This document shows, one piece after another, positions 8,001-16,709 of a stretch of DNA of 64,000 nucleotides (position 1 is the stretch's first letter; every line of letters starts with the position of its first letter). The position numbers and the translations under genes are program-made. Below the pieces are notes generated by a model that saw only the letters and a list, made by a program, of their open reading frames with translations, was not told the origin of the DNA and ran no database searches. The stretch is from Bacteroidales bacterium (GTDB lineage Bacteria > Bacteroidota > Bacteroidia > Bacteroidales > UBA4417), in NCBI GenBank assembly GCA_035403165.1, contig DAONEP010000008.1, positions 355 to 64,354 of the forward strand. The letters run 5' to 3'.

Positions 8001-10444
8001 CGGGTGCCGACCCATTGGTCGAAGTTTTTAATTCCCAGGAAAACCGGTTGGGTGAGTACTTCGATTTTATTGAGCCGGTTGACCGGACGGCCGGTTTCGT
8101 CGAAAACGGTTGTGAACAAAGTCCCGTCAAGGATGCCGATTCCCTCGTAAACGCCGGGTTTTATCAGATGGCTTGCTTTACCGGAGGCATCGGTGGTCCC
8201 GGTATTGGTAATGGTTGCCAGATAAGGCATGTTCTTCGTTTCGACGGTAAAATTGTAATCAGGAAAAGCTTTCGGCTTCAGGTTTTTACGCGAAAGGCGC
8301 AGTTCGGTTTCGAATTTGCGCCCAGCAGCCGGCGTCCCGTAAAGGTTATCAGCCTGAAGGTCAACCTGGATGGACTCGCCGGAATCAAAAGCGTTCTTTG
8401 CCGTGCTGACGGCCACTTTTATCCGGTCGGGCATAAATTCTTCAACAGCGACGCGCCTGGATGCCAACAGAATATTGTTGGAAGAAAATACTTCAATGGA
8501 ATAGGTTCCCGTCATGGCCGCAACAGGAATATAAAACGAACCTTCGGCGGCCCCGTTGTTGCTTAGCTGCTTCCGCTGGCTTTGGTATTCTTTACCATTT
8601 GGCGCCAATATCCTGATCTTAAGCGGCAGGTCGCGTACGGTTTGCCACCCGAGGTCCCTGACGATCGCGTTATAGTATACCGTATCGCCCGGGCGGTACA
8701 GGTCGCGGTCGCCATACAGGAAGACGTCGTAATTGAGATTGCCGGTGCGTTTGCCGCCGGCATCGAAACGGGAAGTCTCCACCCGGGTACTGTTGAACAG
8801 GATAAAGTTGAAATCTTCCTGGTAGTTGGCAGTAACCAAGCTGAGCCTGAATCCCGGCGCCTGGCTTTTAATGTTTTTAAACAAAGCAGTTCCGCGGCTG
8901 TCCGTGGTAGCGCTATAAATTTTCTGGTTGTTCGAACTGTAGAAATCGACTCTGGCGCCCTTAACCGGGGAAGCGTTAAACAGGGAATTGACAAAGACGA
9001 GCACATTATCTGTGCCTTCCTTCACAATCATGCCCAGGTCGGAAAGCGATACCATGACGGCATCCTGCAGCCATCGCCGGTCGGCGGACTCCACTTTTAC
9101 CACATACATTCCCCTGAACTGATCGGTGACGTTGAAATCGGCAAGGTCGATGTTGAGCAGGGAGATGTTGCCCGATTTTGGCAACGAACGGGTTTTAATC
9201 ACCTTGCTCATCACCTGTCTCCCGTAATCTTCATCAAAGGCGTACGTCATGTACTCATGGTACTCATCATTATTCTCATCATACTGCCAGTTCCACTCAG
9301 GTCCCAGTTTAGTGTAATGCTGGATGTTGTTTTCGTAAACCTTGAAAACACTTACCCTCACTTCGGGGATATTGATAATGTTAACGCCAAGGTTCCGTGA
9401 CCCGCGCGTGGAGAGGTAAAGAGCGTGTTTTTCGGTGAACGAAACATAGGGCTCCGGAGAACCGAAAGCCACGGTTTGGATAAATTCTTCACCGAGTTCC
9501 CGCCCGAAAACGCTTTTTAGGGCTGGTGAGACCTTAACCGTATATGCTTCATTTGCCAGGAAGCCGCCTTTCAGTTTCACGCCGTTCGGCAAAATTTCGG
9601 TGGTGAACGAAACGGCCGGCTGCACGGAAATGAGGGAAGAAAGCCCTTCATCAATGACGGGTTGTGTAGTAAATATGGAAATAACGCCTTCGCCTTCTTC
9701 AAAATCGCTGGAGATGTCGGTAATGGTAAGTTTGTCTTTCGAAGGGACCGTGAATGTCATGACGATCGCATCCGTAGTTTTATAATTGCTGCCTGAACAG
9801 GAGAATCCTTTTCCGATTGTGATTTTGCCTTCGGTTACCTCGTCGGGCGACTGTGTTTCGTCGGCAAAAGCCAGCTCGATAACGTCGGAATCGTTTTGGG
9901 TGATCACACGAAACTGGCGTGATTTGCCCTTAACTTCCAGAGTAGCTAGCGAGGCAAGCGAGGCAGCAGAAACCGGGCCATTGAATGAAAGCAGCAATCT
10001 TACTTCGATGTTGGCTGCGGGATCGCTGCCCAAAGCCCAGTAACTGCTTACCGATTCGAGCGAGATATAAGGCGTATGAAAAGGAAGCGCCTCATCATCG
10101 ACAGATAGCTTCTTTTTATCGTATTTCAGGATGGCATTGGTTAAAGTAGCTTTGAAATCGGTGCTTGGCGCCAGCAACTGTGAAGGCGAAAATGTAAGTT
10201 CCGATTTACCTGTCCACATGAATTTGCCCGGGATTTTCGGTTCAAACTTGATATAAGTGGTAGTATCCCATTTATTCATTAATCCGGAATCGGAAACCAG
10301 TTCATGGCTGAACGTAAACACGAGATTTTGTCCCCGCTGTGTTTCGGGGTCAAAATTCGTTTTTTTTACCCTGACGGTCTTCAGGTTCGTGCAGGAGGCC
10401 AGGGTTATGGCCAGAAGCAGGAGAAAGTACAGTGGCTTTTTCAT
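5024..10444 (-). CDS. alpha-2-macroglobulin family lipoprotein (bacterial A2M, thioester-containing)
   Basis: The track ORF is 1834 aa. The preferred start is ATG at 10444, giving MKKPLYFLLLLAITLASC, a lipobox signal peptide. The thioester motif YPYGCMEQT (CxEQ) is present. Length and repetitive beta-rich MG-domain-like sequence fit the family. Confidence 0.85.
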   Translation of the reverse strand: MKKPLYFLLLLAITLASCTNLKTVRVKKTNFDPETQRGQNLVFTFSHELVSDSGLMNKWDTTTYIKFEPKIPGKFMWTGKSELTFSPSQLLAPSTDFKATLTNAILKYDKKKLSVDDEALPFHTPYISLESVSSYWALGSDPAANIEVRLLLSFNGPVSAASLASLATLEVKGKSRQFRVITQNDSDVIELAFADETQSPDEVTEGKITIGKGFSCSGSNYKTTDAIVMTFTVPSKDKLTITDISSDFEEGEGVISIFTTQPVIDEGLSSLISVQPAVSFTTEILPNGVKLKGGFLANEAYTVKVSPALKSVFGRELGEEFIQTVAFGSPEPYVSFTEKHALYLSTRGSRNLGVNIINIPEVRVSVFKVYENNIQHYTKLGPEWNWQYDENNDEYHEYMTYAFDEDYGRQVMSKVIKTRSLPKSGNISLLNIDLADFNVTDQFRGMYVVKVESADRRWLQDAVMVSLSDLGMIVKEGTDNVLVFVNSLFNASPVKGARVDFYSSNNQKIYSATTDSRGTALFKNIKSQAPGFRLSLVTANYQEDFNFILFNSTRVETSRFDAGGKRTGNLNYDVFLYGDRDLYRPGDTVYYNAIVRDLGWQTVRDLPLKIRILAPNGKEYQSQRKQLSNNGAAEGSFYIPVAAMTGTYSIEVFSSNNILLASRRVAVEEFMPDRIKVAVSTAKNAFDSGESIQVDLQADNLYGTPAAGRKFETELRLSRKNLKPKAFPDYNFTVETKNMPYLATITNTGTTDASGKASHLIKPGVYEGIGILDGTLFTTVFDETGRPVNRLNKIEVLTQPVFLGIKNFDQWVGTRKPMNFKVIAVNKDGKAQGNVQAQVVVSHLRYETVIERDGDRYRYVSQEKESVEYSKTVAVPSTGAVIPFTPAQSGKYVLKVMLPGSQNYVSSTFYAYGWNDTDFTSFEVNREGEVTISADKESYQPGNKAKLLFSAPFDGKMLVTFSRDNVLEFKYIEVKNKAASLVLDISDQHLPNVYIEATLFKKITNTEMPLTVAHGVISLKVDDPKARASVTITAPEKSRSNTRQVITVKTIPNAEVTVAVVDEGILLVTGYTSPDPYAWFYQKRALEVNSYDVYAQLFPELRRSGSSPAGGEAFDLSRRLNPLTSKRVRLISKWSGILKSDGKGQVSFPVDIPQFSGALRVMAVAYKDEKFGSAEKTIRVADPVIVSSALPRFMSPGDKASMIVNVTNTTKAAAKATIEVSATAPLTVSGKTKQPATLGVNHEQAYTFEVTAGNYTGNATVMVTVSALGEKFTEKIELPVRPASGLTFFTGSGIVKGGTSKAFSVNSNLMPQGVRSRLMISKSPAAEYLKNLNDLIRYPYGCMEQTISAAFPQLYLRDLATSAHRQLVAPSESDAGSPDENIQQAIYKVESHQLYNGGFPMWPSGGSDQWWISAYATHFLLEAQKAGYQTNDLIFSNAVKYLEQKVKDRKTETYFYTDDAGAITSVSTPAQEIFYSLYVLALADRAAIPTMNFYKSQASALTSENRYLLAAAYMLAGDRRSYQAVLPRTFGTTKIRSLAGYSFASFIRDRAMALNALLEADPDNPQVGQLLLTIGKEMKQKRYLTTQENAFCMTAMGKFARKNAASNVKATVTINGKQTAPFTGSDLVLKDGLNGRKVNISATGNGNLYYFYELSGIPVKPATGDEDHSIRVRKHFLDKNGNALSGNSFRPNDLIIVKITAETESGKTIENVAITDLLPACFEIENSRLVAERSYSWQQNVTTPDYQDIRDDRISFFATLGPATSTFYYTVRVVNKGTYTMGPVTADAMYNADFRSVSGSRVIKVE

Positions 10445-10528
10445 GGCAAGCGTTTTCTTTGGTTGAGAAATTTCCTGGATTGCTGATAAAATCATGTATA
10501 AAAGGTGGAATAAAAGACATCTGCGCAT

Positions 10529-11086
10529 TTATACGGAGGCGATTCCGAAAATGAGCAGGTCCTTGTAATTGCCCCAGTGGCGGACGTGCTTTTCCAGGTA
10601 TCCTTCCTGTCTCATGCCTGCTTTCCGGAGTACTTTGGCAGAGGCTGGATTGGTGACATAAACGTGGGCAAAGACCTTGTGCAGCCCCAGTTTTTCAAAT
10701 CCGAAACGTATCATCTCTCTGGCTGCTTCGGTAGCATAACCGTTTTTCCAGTATGGTTCGCCGATCCAGTAGCCGAGTTCGGCATTGCCGACATAGAGGT
10801 TCAGTTGTAAACCGATGCATCCTACCAGGGTGCTGTCGTCTTTTTTACAGATGGCAAGCACCAGGTTCCTTTTCCCGGAAAACTCGGCGGCGTGGGTGGC
10901 AATCCATTTTTCGGCCTCACCTTCGGGGTATGGGTACGGCATGTTCAGCGTGTTTTCGGCAATTTTAATATTTCCGGCAAGTTCCCTCACTGTGGGGCCG
11001 TCGGTTAAGGCAAAAGGCCTGAGGATAAGTCTTTTGGTGAAAAGCGTAGGGATCAGATCGTATTGAAAGTCGGTAATAGAATTCAT
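10529..11086 (-). CDS. GNAT family N-acetyltransferase (RimJ/RimL-like)
   Basis: 185 aa. The LILRPF...D...L start and the GYWIGEPYWKNGYATEAAREMIRFGFEKLGLHKVFAHVYVTNPASAKVLRKAGM core are typical of the Acetyltransf_3/GNAT fold. Confidence 0.75.
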   Translation of the reverse strand: MNSITDFQYDLIPTLFTKRLILRPFALTDGPTVRELAGNIKIAENTLNMPYPYPEGEAEKWIATHAAEFSGKRNLVLAICKKDDSTLVGCIGLQLNLYVGNAELGYWIGEPYWKNGYATEAAREMIRFGFEKLGLHKVFAHVYVTNPASAKVLRKAGMRQEGYLEKHVRHWGNYKDLLIFGIASV

Positions 11087-11352
11087 GAAAGAAGTATGAT
11101 TGAAATGGCTTTTCTAAAATACAAAAAATACTGCATGGTTAGGTAGGTATCGGTTTATTTATTTGTTGATTTCTTTTGAGACAACAAATAAATTACATTC
11201 GAAAAAAAATTATATTTGATGAGGCGATTTTCAGGATAAAGGATAACGTTTATATTTATTATTGGATTCAGGCATATCGTATGAAAAATCTGATGCTTCT
11301 GTTCGTGGCGATGATCATAACAAGGAATCCTGCTTTTATACAAGATTGTATG

Positions 11353-11444
11353 CCTGAATGGATTACGTTTCCGGCCTTTATTTTGTCCGCCTGAGTAACG
11401 AGAAAACGGTGGAAATTGAAAATTTATTAAAAATTAGTTTATAA
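11353..11444 (+). pseudogene. 3' remnant of a T9SS C-terminal-domain gene, paralogous to the end of the downstream gene
   Basis: Positions 11371-11414 (ccggcctttattttgtccgcctgagtaacgagaaaacggtggaa) are identical to 13532-13575. In the homologous frame the remnant reads SGLYFVRLSNEKTVEIENLLKISL*, against PGLYFVRLSNEKTVEVGKFVKE* in the intact gene. No upstream coding body precedes it; the region is AT-rich. Confidence 0.6.
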
Positions 11445-11466
11445 AGCAACCATAAATATTCATACC

Positions 11467-13599
11467 ATGAAACCTTTAATTATTTCAGCCTTGATCGGGT
11501 TGTCGCTTTTTGCGGCTACATTCTGTGCCGATGCCCAGGAATGGCGATGGCGCTGGGCAGCCCAGAATTACGGTTACAGCAAGTATAATTTATCCTCCAT
11601 CTTGACAACCGATCTTGAGAACAACATTTTTACCGGTATTACCTACTGCGATTCACTTTTTATCGATGATACCGTTTTTTTTCACCCTGGTTACGAAGGG
11701 TATACAAGGCACCAACTCATTGCAAAATACGACCGTAAAGGGGATTGCAAGGGATATATCGACTTGCGCGGTCCGATTCTGGATGGCCTTTGGTCGGTGA
11801 CGGCGGTAACAGATGCTGAAGGATACGTATATGTAGGAGGAGATTTTTGCGATTCCCTATATATAGAAGATACTACCATACTACCATTGCCACATCAGGG
11901 ATTTGTATTTTCAAATGTTTTTCTTGCAAAATTCAGTCCTGATCTCCGGCTTCAATGGGTAAAACTGATTGGCGGTGATACTCAGAACCGGCTGCTTGGA
12001 TTAAAGGCAAACGGAAATTCTATTTACCTGACATGTGAACATATGGCAAATGGAAATATGCCTTTCAATGCGTATATCCTTGGGCAAGACACCGTTCACA
12101 GCATCAAACCGGTTTGTTCAATGATGCAGGTCGATACCGGGGCTAATATTTCATGGATAACTCATATCGAAAATAGTGGCTTCAACCTGAGGAATTTTTT
12201 ACAGGGGGGCGATGGAAGGCTATATGTTACTGGCCATACAAATTATTATCCCGCCAACATTATAGTAGGAAACGATACAATTCAGTGTCCGGCTAATTCT
12301 ATGTATCATAGTCTCCCGTTTTTAATTGGTTTAAATACGGATGGTAGTTTTTATAAAGGATGGATAAAAGACTGGGATGTCTACACTTTACAAACCGTGG
12401 TTGATGAAGACGGAGCATTTATATTCACGGCCAATATCTCTGATTCGATTACAGTCGGAGGCGTTACTGTGACCAACTCAGGCGACTCCATTGCCAGCGC
12501 TGTTGTGAAAATCAATAACGAACAGGAACCTGAATGGATCAGGACCTTCCGATCTCCGCATATCCAGATAAATCACGACCTGCTTATCACGTTAAGCAAC
12601 AATCAACTGTTTTTTGGTATCAGTTTTCAGAACAGGTTAAAAACAGGTGACACAACCTTTCACATCGATTACTGGTATGAGAATTTAGTAGGACGACTCG
12701 AAGACAATGGCATGCTTGCCGGAACAATATTATCTAATACCGATTATCATTCTCGGATGGCCGGCATAGGAACGGATAATTGCGGAAACATCATCATAAC
12801 AGGTTGGTTTATCGGCAATGGAATTTATGGTAACGATACGATAACCTCCAGGCAATCTTGGTCCACCAATGACCTGTTTATTGGTTACCTCGATCTGAAC
12901 GAGTATGCTTTCGACCTGGGTCCAGATACGATTTCTTGCCATGATTATACAATTTCCGGTCCTGCCGGATGGGTCAGGTATTATTGGAACGGTACACTTA
13001 CGCCAGGCAAGGACTTTTACACGACACAGAGCGGTATGTACCGGCTTACCGTCGTCAGTGCCGGAAATTGCTGGCAAAGTGATTCCGTACATGTAACCAT
13101 CCAACAACCTCCTGTTTTCAACATAGGTCCCGATACAACCATCAAACGAAGCCACATTCTAACCCTTTCGATGCCAGAAGGTTTCGGGCGATATCTTTGG
13201 TCGAATGGCGACACCACAAGTACAATTACGTTTCCGGGTAACCATTTTGCTTCAGGGCAATATACAATCTGGGGTGAAGTCACCGAAGAACTCTGCTCCG
13301 TGCGCGATTCCATGAACCTTAGCGTTATCAATGATATCGGAATAAATGAATCTGCCGGGACAGGTTTTATGCTTTATCCCAACCCGGCAACCTCTGTCCT
13401 GGGAGTTGAAGTGTCAACTGATTTCTCCAGTGATGAGGGGGTGCTCACCATTCTGAATGCTACAGGAAAAATGCAGCTTGAGTGTTACCTGAATGGCAAT
13501 AAAAAGCAAATCGACATCTCAACTCTCCCTCCCGGCCTTTATTTTGTCCGCCTGAGTAACGAGAAAACGGTGGAAGTCGGGAAGTTTGTTAAAGAATAA
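11467..13599 (+). CDS. secreted T9SS cargo protein (beta-propeller-like repeats, C-terminal Por/T9SS sorting domain)
   Basis: 710 aa. Signal peptide MKPLIISALIGLSLFAATFCADAQ. The C-terminus LYPNPATSVLGVEV...LPPGLYFVRLSNEKTVEVGKFVKE is a typical type A T9SS CTD. Confidence 0.75.
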   Translation: MKPLIISALIGLSLFAATFCADAQEWRWRWAAQNYGYSKYNLSSILTTDLENNIFTGITYCDSLFIDDTVFFHPGYEGYTRHQLIAKYDRKGDCKGYIDLRGPILDGLWSVTAVTDAEGYVYVGGDFCDSLYIEDTTILPLPHQGFVFSNVFLAKFSPDLRLQWVKLIGGDTQNRLLGLKANGNSIYLTCEHMANGNMPFNAYILGQDTVHSIKPVCSMMQVDTGANISWITHIENSGFNLRNFLQGGDGRLYVTGHTNYYPANIIVGNDTIQCPANSMYHSLPFLIGLNTDGSFYKGWIKDWDVYTLQTVVDEDGAFIFTANISDSITVGGVTVTNSGDSIASAVVKINNEQEPEWIRTFRSPHIQINHDLLITLSNNQLFFGISFQNRLKTGDTTFHIDYWYENLVGRLEDNGMLAGTILSNTDYHSRMAGIGTDNCGNIIITGWFIGNGIYGNDTITSRQSWSTNDLFIGYLDLNEYAFDLGPDTISCHDYTISGPAGWVRYYWNGTLTPGKDFYTTQSGMYRLTVVSAGNCWQSDSVHVTIQQPPVFNIGPDTTIKRSHILTLSMPEGFGRYLWSNGDTTSTITFPGNHFASGQYTIWGEVTEELCSVRDSMNLSVINDIGINESAGTGFMLYPNPATSVLGVEVSTDFSSDEGVLTILNATGKMQLECYLNGNKKQIDISTLPPGLYFVRLSNEKTVEVGKFVKE

Positions 13600-13667
13600 A
13601 TCTTATGTCTATCAGTAAACATAAACCGGTTATCAAAAATCGTATTAACGAAATTAAAAATTCTATT

Positions 13668-15509
13668 ATGAAACACCTCTTTACCCTTTTTGCTTTTTGT
13701 GCAATAGCCCCGGCTTTTGCCCAGCAAAAAATGCCTGTAATCCCTGAAAATGCTTGTCAGAAAGTATTTAAGGCCAAACCTGTTTTGGCGAATGGTGAAA
13801 ATAATCCCTTCACATCTTCGGAAAACAGGTATGTCAACGCTTTCAGCCAGTATGCCTGCGATACCATCGGGCACACGCGGTACGACTTACAATCGAACTG
13901 CAGCGCTCCTTCGGGACGATTAACGCTTTTTCCCGACGAAACGATGGCTACTGTGTGGACAAGGGGAATTGATGCAAGCGGGAGTGACCGTGGTACCGGC
14001 TATAATTATTATTATACCTATGACTGGGGTTACAACATTGACCCTGAGCGCCTGGAAGATCAGCGGGCCGGGTGGCCGTCGCATGCCCGGCTTGGAACAA
14101 ATGGTGAAATTGTTGTTTCGCATAAATCCGGATCGCCGGCGCCCCTTTTCATGTTGAAACGGGAAATAAAAGGAACCGGGGACTGGATGCAGTCAACCAT
14201 TCCATTACCGGAGGATGCTCCCGGTTTGCTCTGGCCTCGCATGGTTACAGGCGGTTCTGATAAAAATCAGGTTCATATCATTTCGCTGACTACCCCGGTG
14301 GACAATAGCGGAGCCTTGTACCATGGTCAGGACGGAGCGCTTATTTATTCCCGTTCGCTCGATGGCGGTATAAGCTGGGACCGGAACGAGGTGATTCCGG
14401 GGCTGGATTCAGCCTTTTATCCGGGTTGGACTGCCGACCGGTATTGCCTGGCAGAACCGCGATACAATACCCTTGCCTTTGCTGTGAGCAACGCCGCCGA
14501 TGATCTGATTCTGATGAAGTCAGGCGACAATGGCGATACCTGGCAGAAGACCGTTGTATGGCATTATCCCGGCCAGGCGGGAGATGTAATTTATAAACCT
14601 GACGGGGCAGTGTCGGTTGTAATTGATTTTTGTAATAAAGTTCATTTATTTTTTGGTGTCGTTCTTTCCAATGCCGCCGGTGACCTGTTTCCTTACCAGT
14701 CGGGAATAGCATACTGGAACGAAGATATGCCGGTTTGGGAAGGCGACGATCAGTATCTTGCCGGCTGCCTTAATCCGGACACGCTCTCTAATCAAAACCT
14801 GCTGGTTGCATCCCCGGTTGATGTTGATGGAAACGGTCAGTGGGATGTATTGGGCGATTGCGGCGATTATAATGTCGGCGCTGTGAGCATGCCGCAGGCT
14901 AAGGTTGATGGTTCGGGTTTCGGTATACTGGCATGGTCTGCCGTTACCGAAAATTGCAATTATATGGGGATGGATTACAGACATATCTGGGTGATCAAAA
15001 CTACTGGTAATTTCAGCGAATTTTCATCTCCTGTTGATATTACCGCTCCCTTTGATCCTGATAACAATGCAGAATGTGTCTATCCCGGTGTATGTCAGCA
15101 ACCATCTCTGAGTTGTCCCGCCTCCTATTATTTGATTTACCAGCGCGACCGGTTACCGGGCCTGCAATCACCAACTGACCCGAGCGAAAATTATATTATC
15201 TGCAGTTCTGAATTAGGATATGTTCCCGGAACCGGAGAACCCGCTGAAGCAAAACTGCTGGTATCACAGAACCGGCCTAATCCTTTCACTGGAAAAACAC
15301 AGGCAGAGATCACGCTGACAAAACCGGCGAGTGTAAGCCTGGAAGTTACAACATTGACAGGCTGTAGTAAATGGAACAAAGATTACGGTACGGCTTCCGC
15401 CGGTGTTCACACTCTAATCATTGATGCAACAGGATTGGCGGCAGGCGTTTATTTTTATACGGTAACCGCCGGGAGCCGGAAAATGACGATGAAGATGATG
15501 GTGCTGTAA
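13668..15509 (+). CDS. secreted BNR/Asp-box repeat protein (sialidase-like fold) with T9SS C-terminal sorting domain
   Basis: The preferred start at 13668 gives MKHLFTLFAFCAIAPAFAQQ. Asp-box motifs are SLDGGISWD and SGDNGDTWQ. The CTD is QNRPNPFTGKTQAEITL...GVYFYTVTAGSRKMTMKMMVL. Confidence 0.7.
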   Translation: MKHLFTLFAFCAIAPAFAQQKMPVIPENACQKVFKAKPVLANGENNPFTSSENRYVNAFSQYACDTIGHTRYDLQSNCSAPSGRLTLFPDETMATVWTRGIDASGSDRGTGYNYYYTYDWGYNIDPERLEDQRAGWPSHARLGTNGEIVVSHKSGSPAPLFMLKREIKGTGDWMQSTIPLPEDAPGLLWPRMVTGGSDKNQVHIISLTTPVDNSGALYHGQDGALIYSRSLDGGISWDRNEVIPGLDSAFYPGWTADRYCLAEPRYNTLAFAVSNAADDLILMKSGDNGDTWQKTVVWHYPGQAGDVIYKPDGAVSVVIDFCNKVHLFFGVVLSNAAGDLFPYQSGIAYWNEDMPVWEGDDQYLAGCLNPDTLSNQNLLVASPVDVDGNGQWDVLGDCGDYNVGAVSMPQAKVDGSGFGILAWSAVTENCNYMGMDYRHIWVIKTTGNFSEFSSPVDITAPFDPDNNAECVYPGVCQQPSLSCPASYYLIYQRDRLPGLQSPTDPSENYIICSSELGYVPGTGEPAEAKLLVSQNRPNPFTGKTQAEITLTKPASVSLEVTTLTGCSKWNKDYGTASAGVHTLIIDATGLAAGVYFYTVTAGSRKMTMKMMVL

Positions 15510-15673
15510 AATATTACTGGCTGGCGCCATCTCCGGTGTGAATTTCGCTCCTCCTGACTGAGCTATACAAATCTCAAGGGCCTGCGGGTGAATGCTGCCC
15601 GGACCAAAATGCCTTACCCCCCATGTGACCGTAACTTTTCACAATTCTTAACGTTTCAGTTGCCGTAAAACAC

Positions 15674-15681
15674 TACATTTG
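15674..15681 (+). promoter_or_regulatory. Bacteroidota-type -7 promoter box (TAnnTTTG) upstream of the FKBP gene
   Basis: TACATTTG lies 20 nt upstream of the ATG at 15702. Confidence 0.5.
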
Positions 15682-15701
15682 CGCACTATAAAAAAGTCAA
15701 G

Positions 15702-16481
15702 ATGAAAAAAACAACCGTTTTTATACTTATGCTGGCCATACTGGCAGGCGGAACTTCGGCATTTGCCCAGAAAAAAGATAAAAAAAGCAGGAAAGCAAAA
15801 GAAGAAGCTGCTGTAACCCTTCCGCAAATGAAGAATGAAACCGACACGGTGAGTTACATCATAGGAACGGATATTATCCGCAGTTTCAAGAAGAATAATA
15901 TTGAGATCAATTATGATATGCTCAACCTTGGCATAAAGGATGCAACAAACAATGCCGATTCTCTTTTTACACAGGAACAAATCATGCAGATTTTCCAGTC
16001 CTGGAACCAAAAGATGATGAAAGCGCGTCAGGATCGCGAAGCCGCCGAACTTACCCAAACGCTGGAGGCCAATGCCAAGTTCTTTGCCGAGAATAAAACC
16101 AAGCCCGGCGTGGTGGAAACACCCAGCGGATTGCAATATGCCATTATAAAACCCGGTGAAGGTGAACCGCCCACCGATACTGATATCGTTGAAGTTCATT
16201 ATGTCGGCAAACTCCTCGACGGTACTGTTTTTGACTCTTCGCGTGATCGTGGCCAACCCGCCAAATTCCCGGTTAACGGCGTAATTCCCGGATGGTCGGA
16301 AGGTGTGAAGCTGATGAAGCCAGGCGCTGTTTATATGCTTTATATTCCTGCCGATCTTGGATATGGCAACCAGAAACAGGGTCCGATTCCAGCAGGTTCA
16401 GCCCTGATTTTTGAAGTGGAATTACTCAGCGTTGAGAAAGGCGATGTTAATAAAGAGGAACAGGAACAAGGAAAAGAATAG
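15702..16481 (+). CDS. FKBP-type peptidyl-prolyl cis-trans isomerase (FkpA/Mip-like, periplasmic)
   Basis: 259 aa. It has a signal peptide, an N-terminal dimerisation-like helix region and the C-terminal FKBP core VEVHYVGKLLDGTVFDSSRDRGQPAKFPVNGVIPGWSEGVKLMKPGAVYMLYIPADLGYG. Confidence 0.85.
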   Translation: MKKTTVFILMLAILAGGTSAFAQKKDKKSRKAKEEAAVTLPQMKNETDTVSYIIGTDIIRSFKKNNIEINYDMLNLGIKDATNNADSLFTQEQIMQIFQSWNQKMMKARQDREAAELTQTLEANAKFFAENKTKPGVVETPSGLQYAIIKPGEGEPPTDTDIVEVHYVGKLLDGTVFDSSRDRGQPAKFPVNGVIPGWSEGVKLMKPGAVYMLYIPADLGYGNQKQGPIPAGSALIFEVELLSVEKGDVNKEEQEQGKE

Positions 16482-16502
16482 TTCGCTGAAAAGGAAATAT
16501 TA

Positions 16503-16530
16503 AGCCCGGCCAAAATGCCGGGTTTTTTAT
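16503..16530 (+). terminator. rho-independent terminator after the FKBP gene
   Basis: Stem gcccggc / gccgggt with loop caaaat, followed by ttttttatt. Confidence 0.7.
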
Positions 16531-16709
16531 TGGGCTGACATTAGCCGCCCTATCAGAGAATCCTGGTTATAACAGACGACTTCTCAAATGCGATACCTGT
16601 TTATAAGGTCAATGACGAATTTAGTGAATCTGATTTTACGCTGTCAGATCCGCCCGCGGCGGATGCTGACAGGTCTTATCTATTACCTCGTTTCCTGGCG
16701 TTACCTCCT

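Noticed and set aside
7916-9400. Plus-strand ORFs of 216 and 272 aa (7916..8566, 8582..9400) inside the alpha-2-macroglobulin gene.
   Set aside because: They are antisense shadow ORFs of a long, well-supported gene, and I recognised no motif in them. The same reasoning applies to 15648..16256, 18658..19158, 20050..20568, 31514..32107, 35851..36363, 36379..37026, 62236..62742 and 63157..63645.
13605-13667. An upstream start (13605) for the BNR-repeat protein, only 5 bp after the preceding stop.
   Set aside because: The first 21 codons (MSISKHKPVIKNRINEIKNSI) precede a canonical signal peptide that begins at the ATG at 13668. The shorter form is preferred, but the longer one cannot be excluded.
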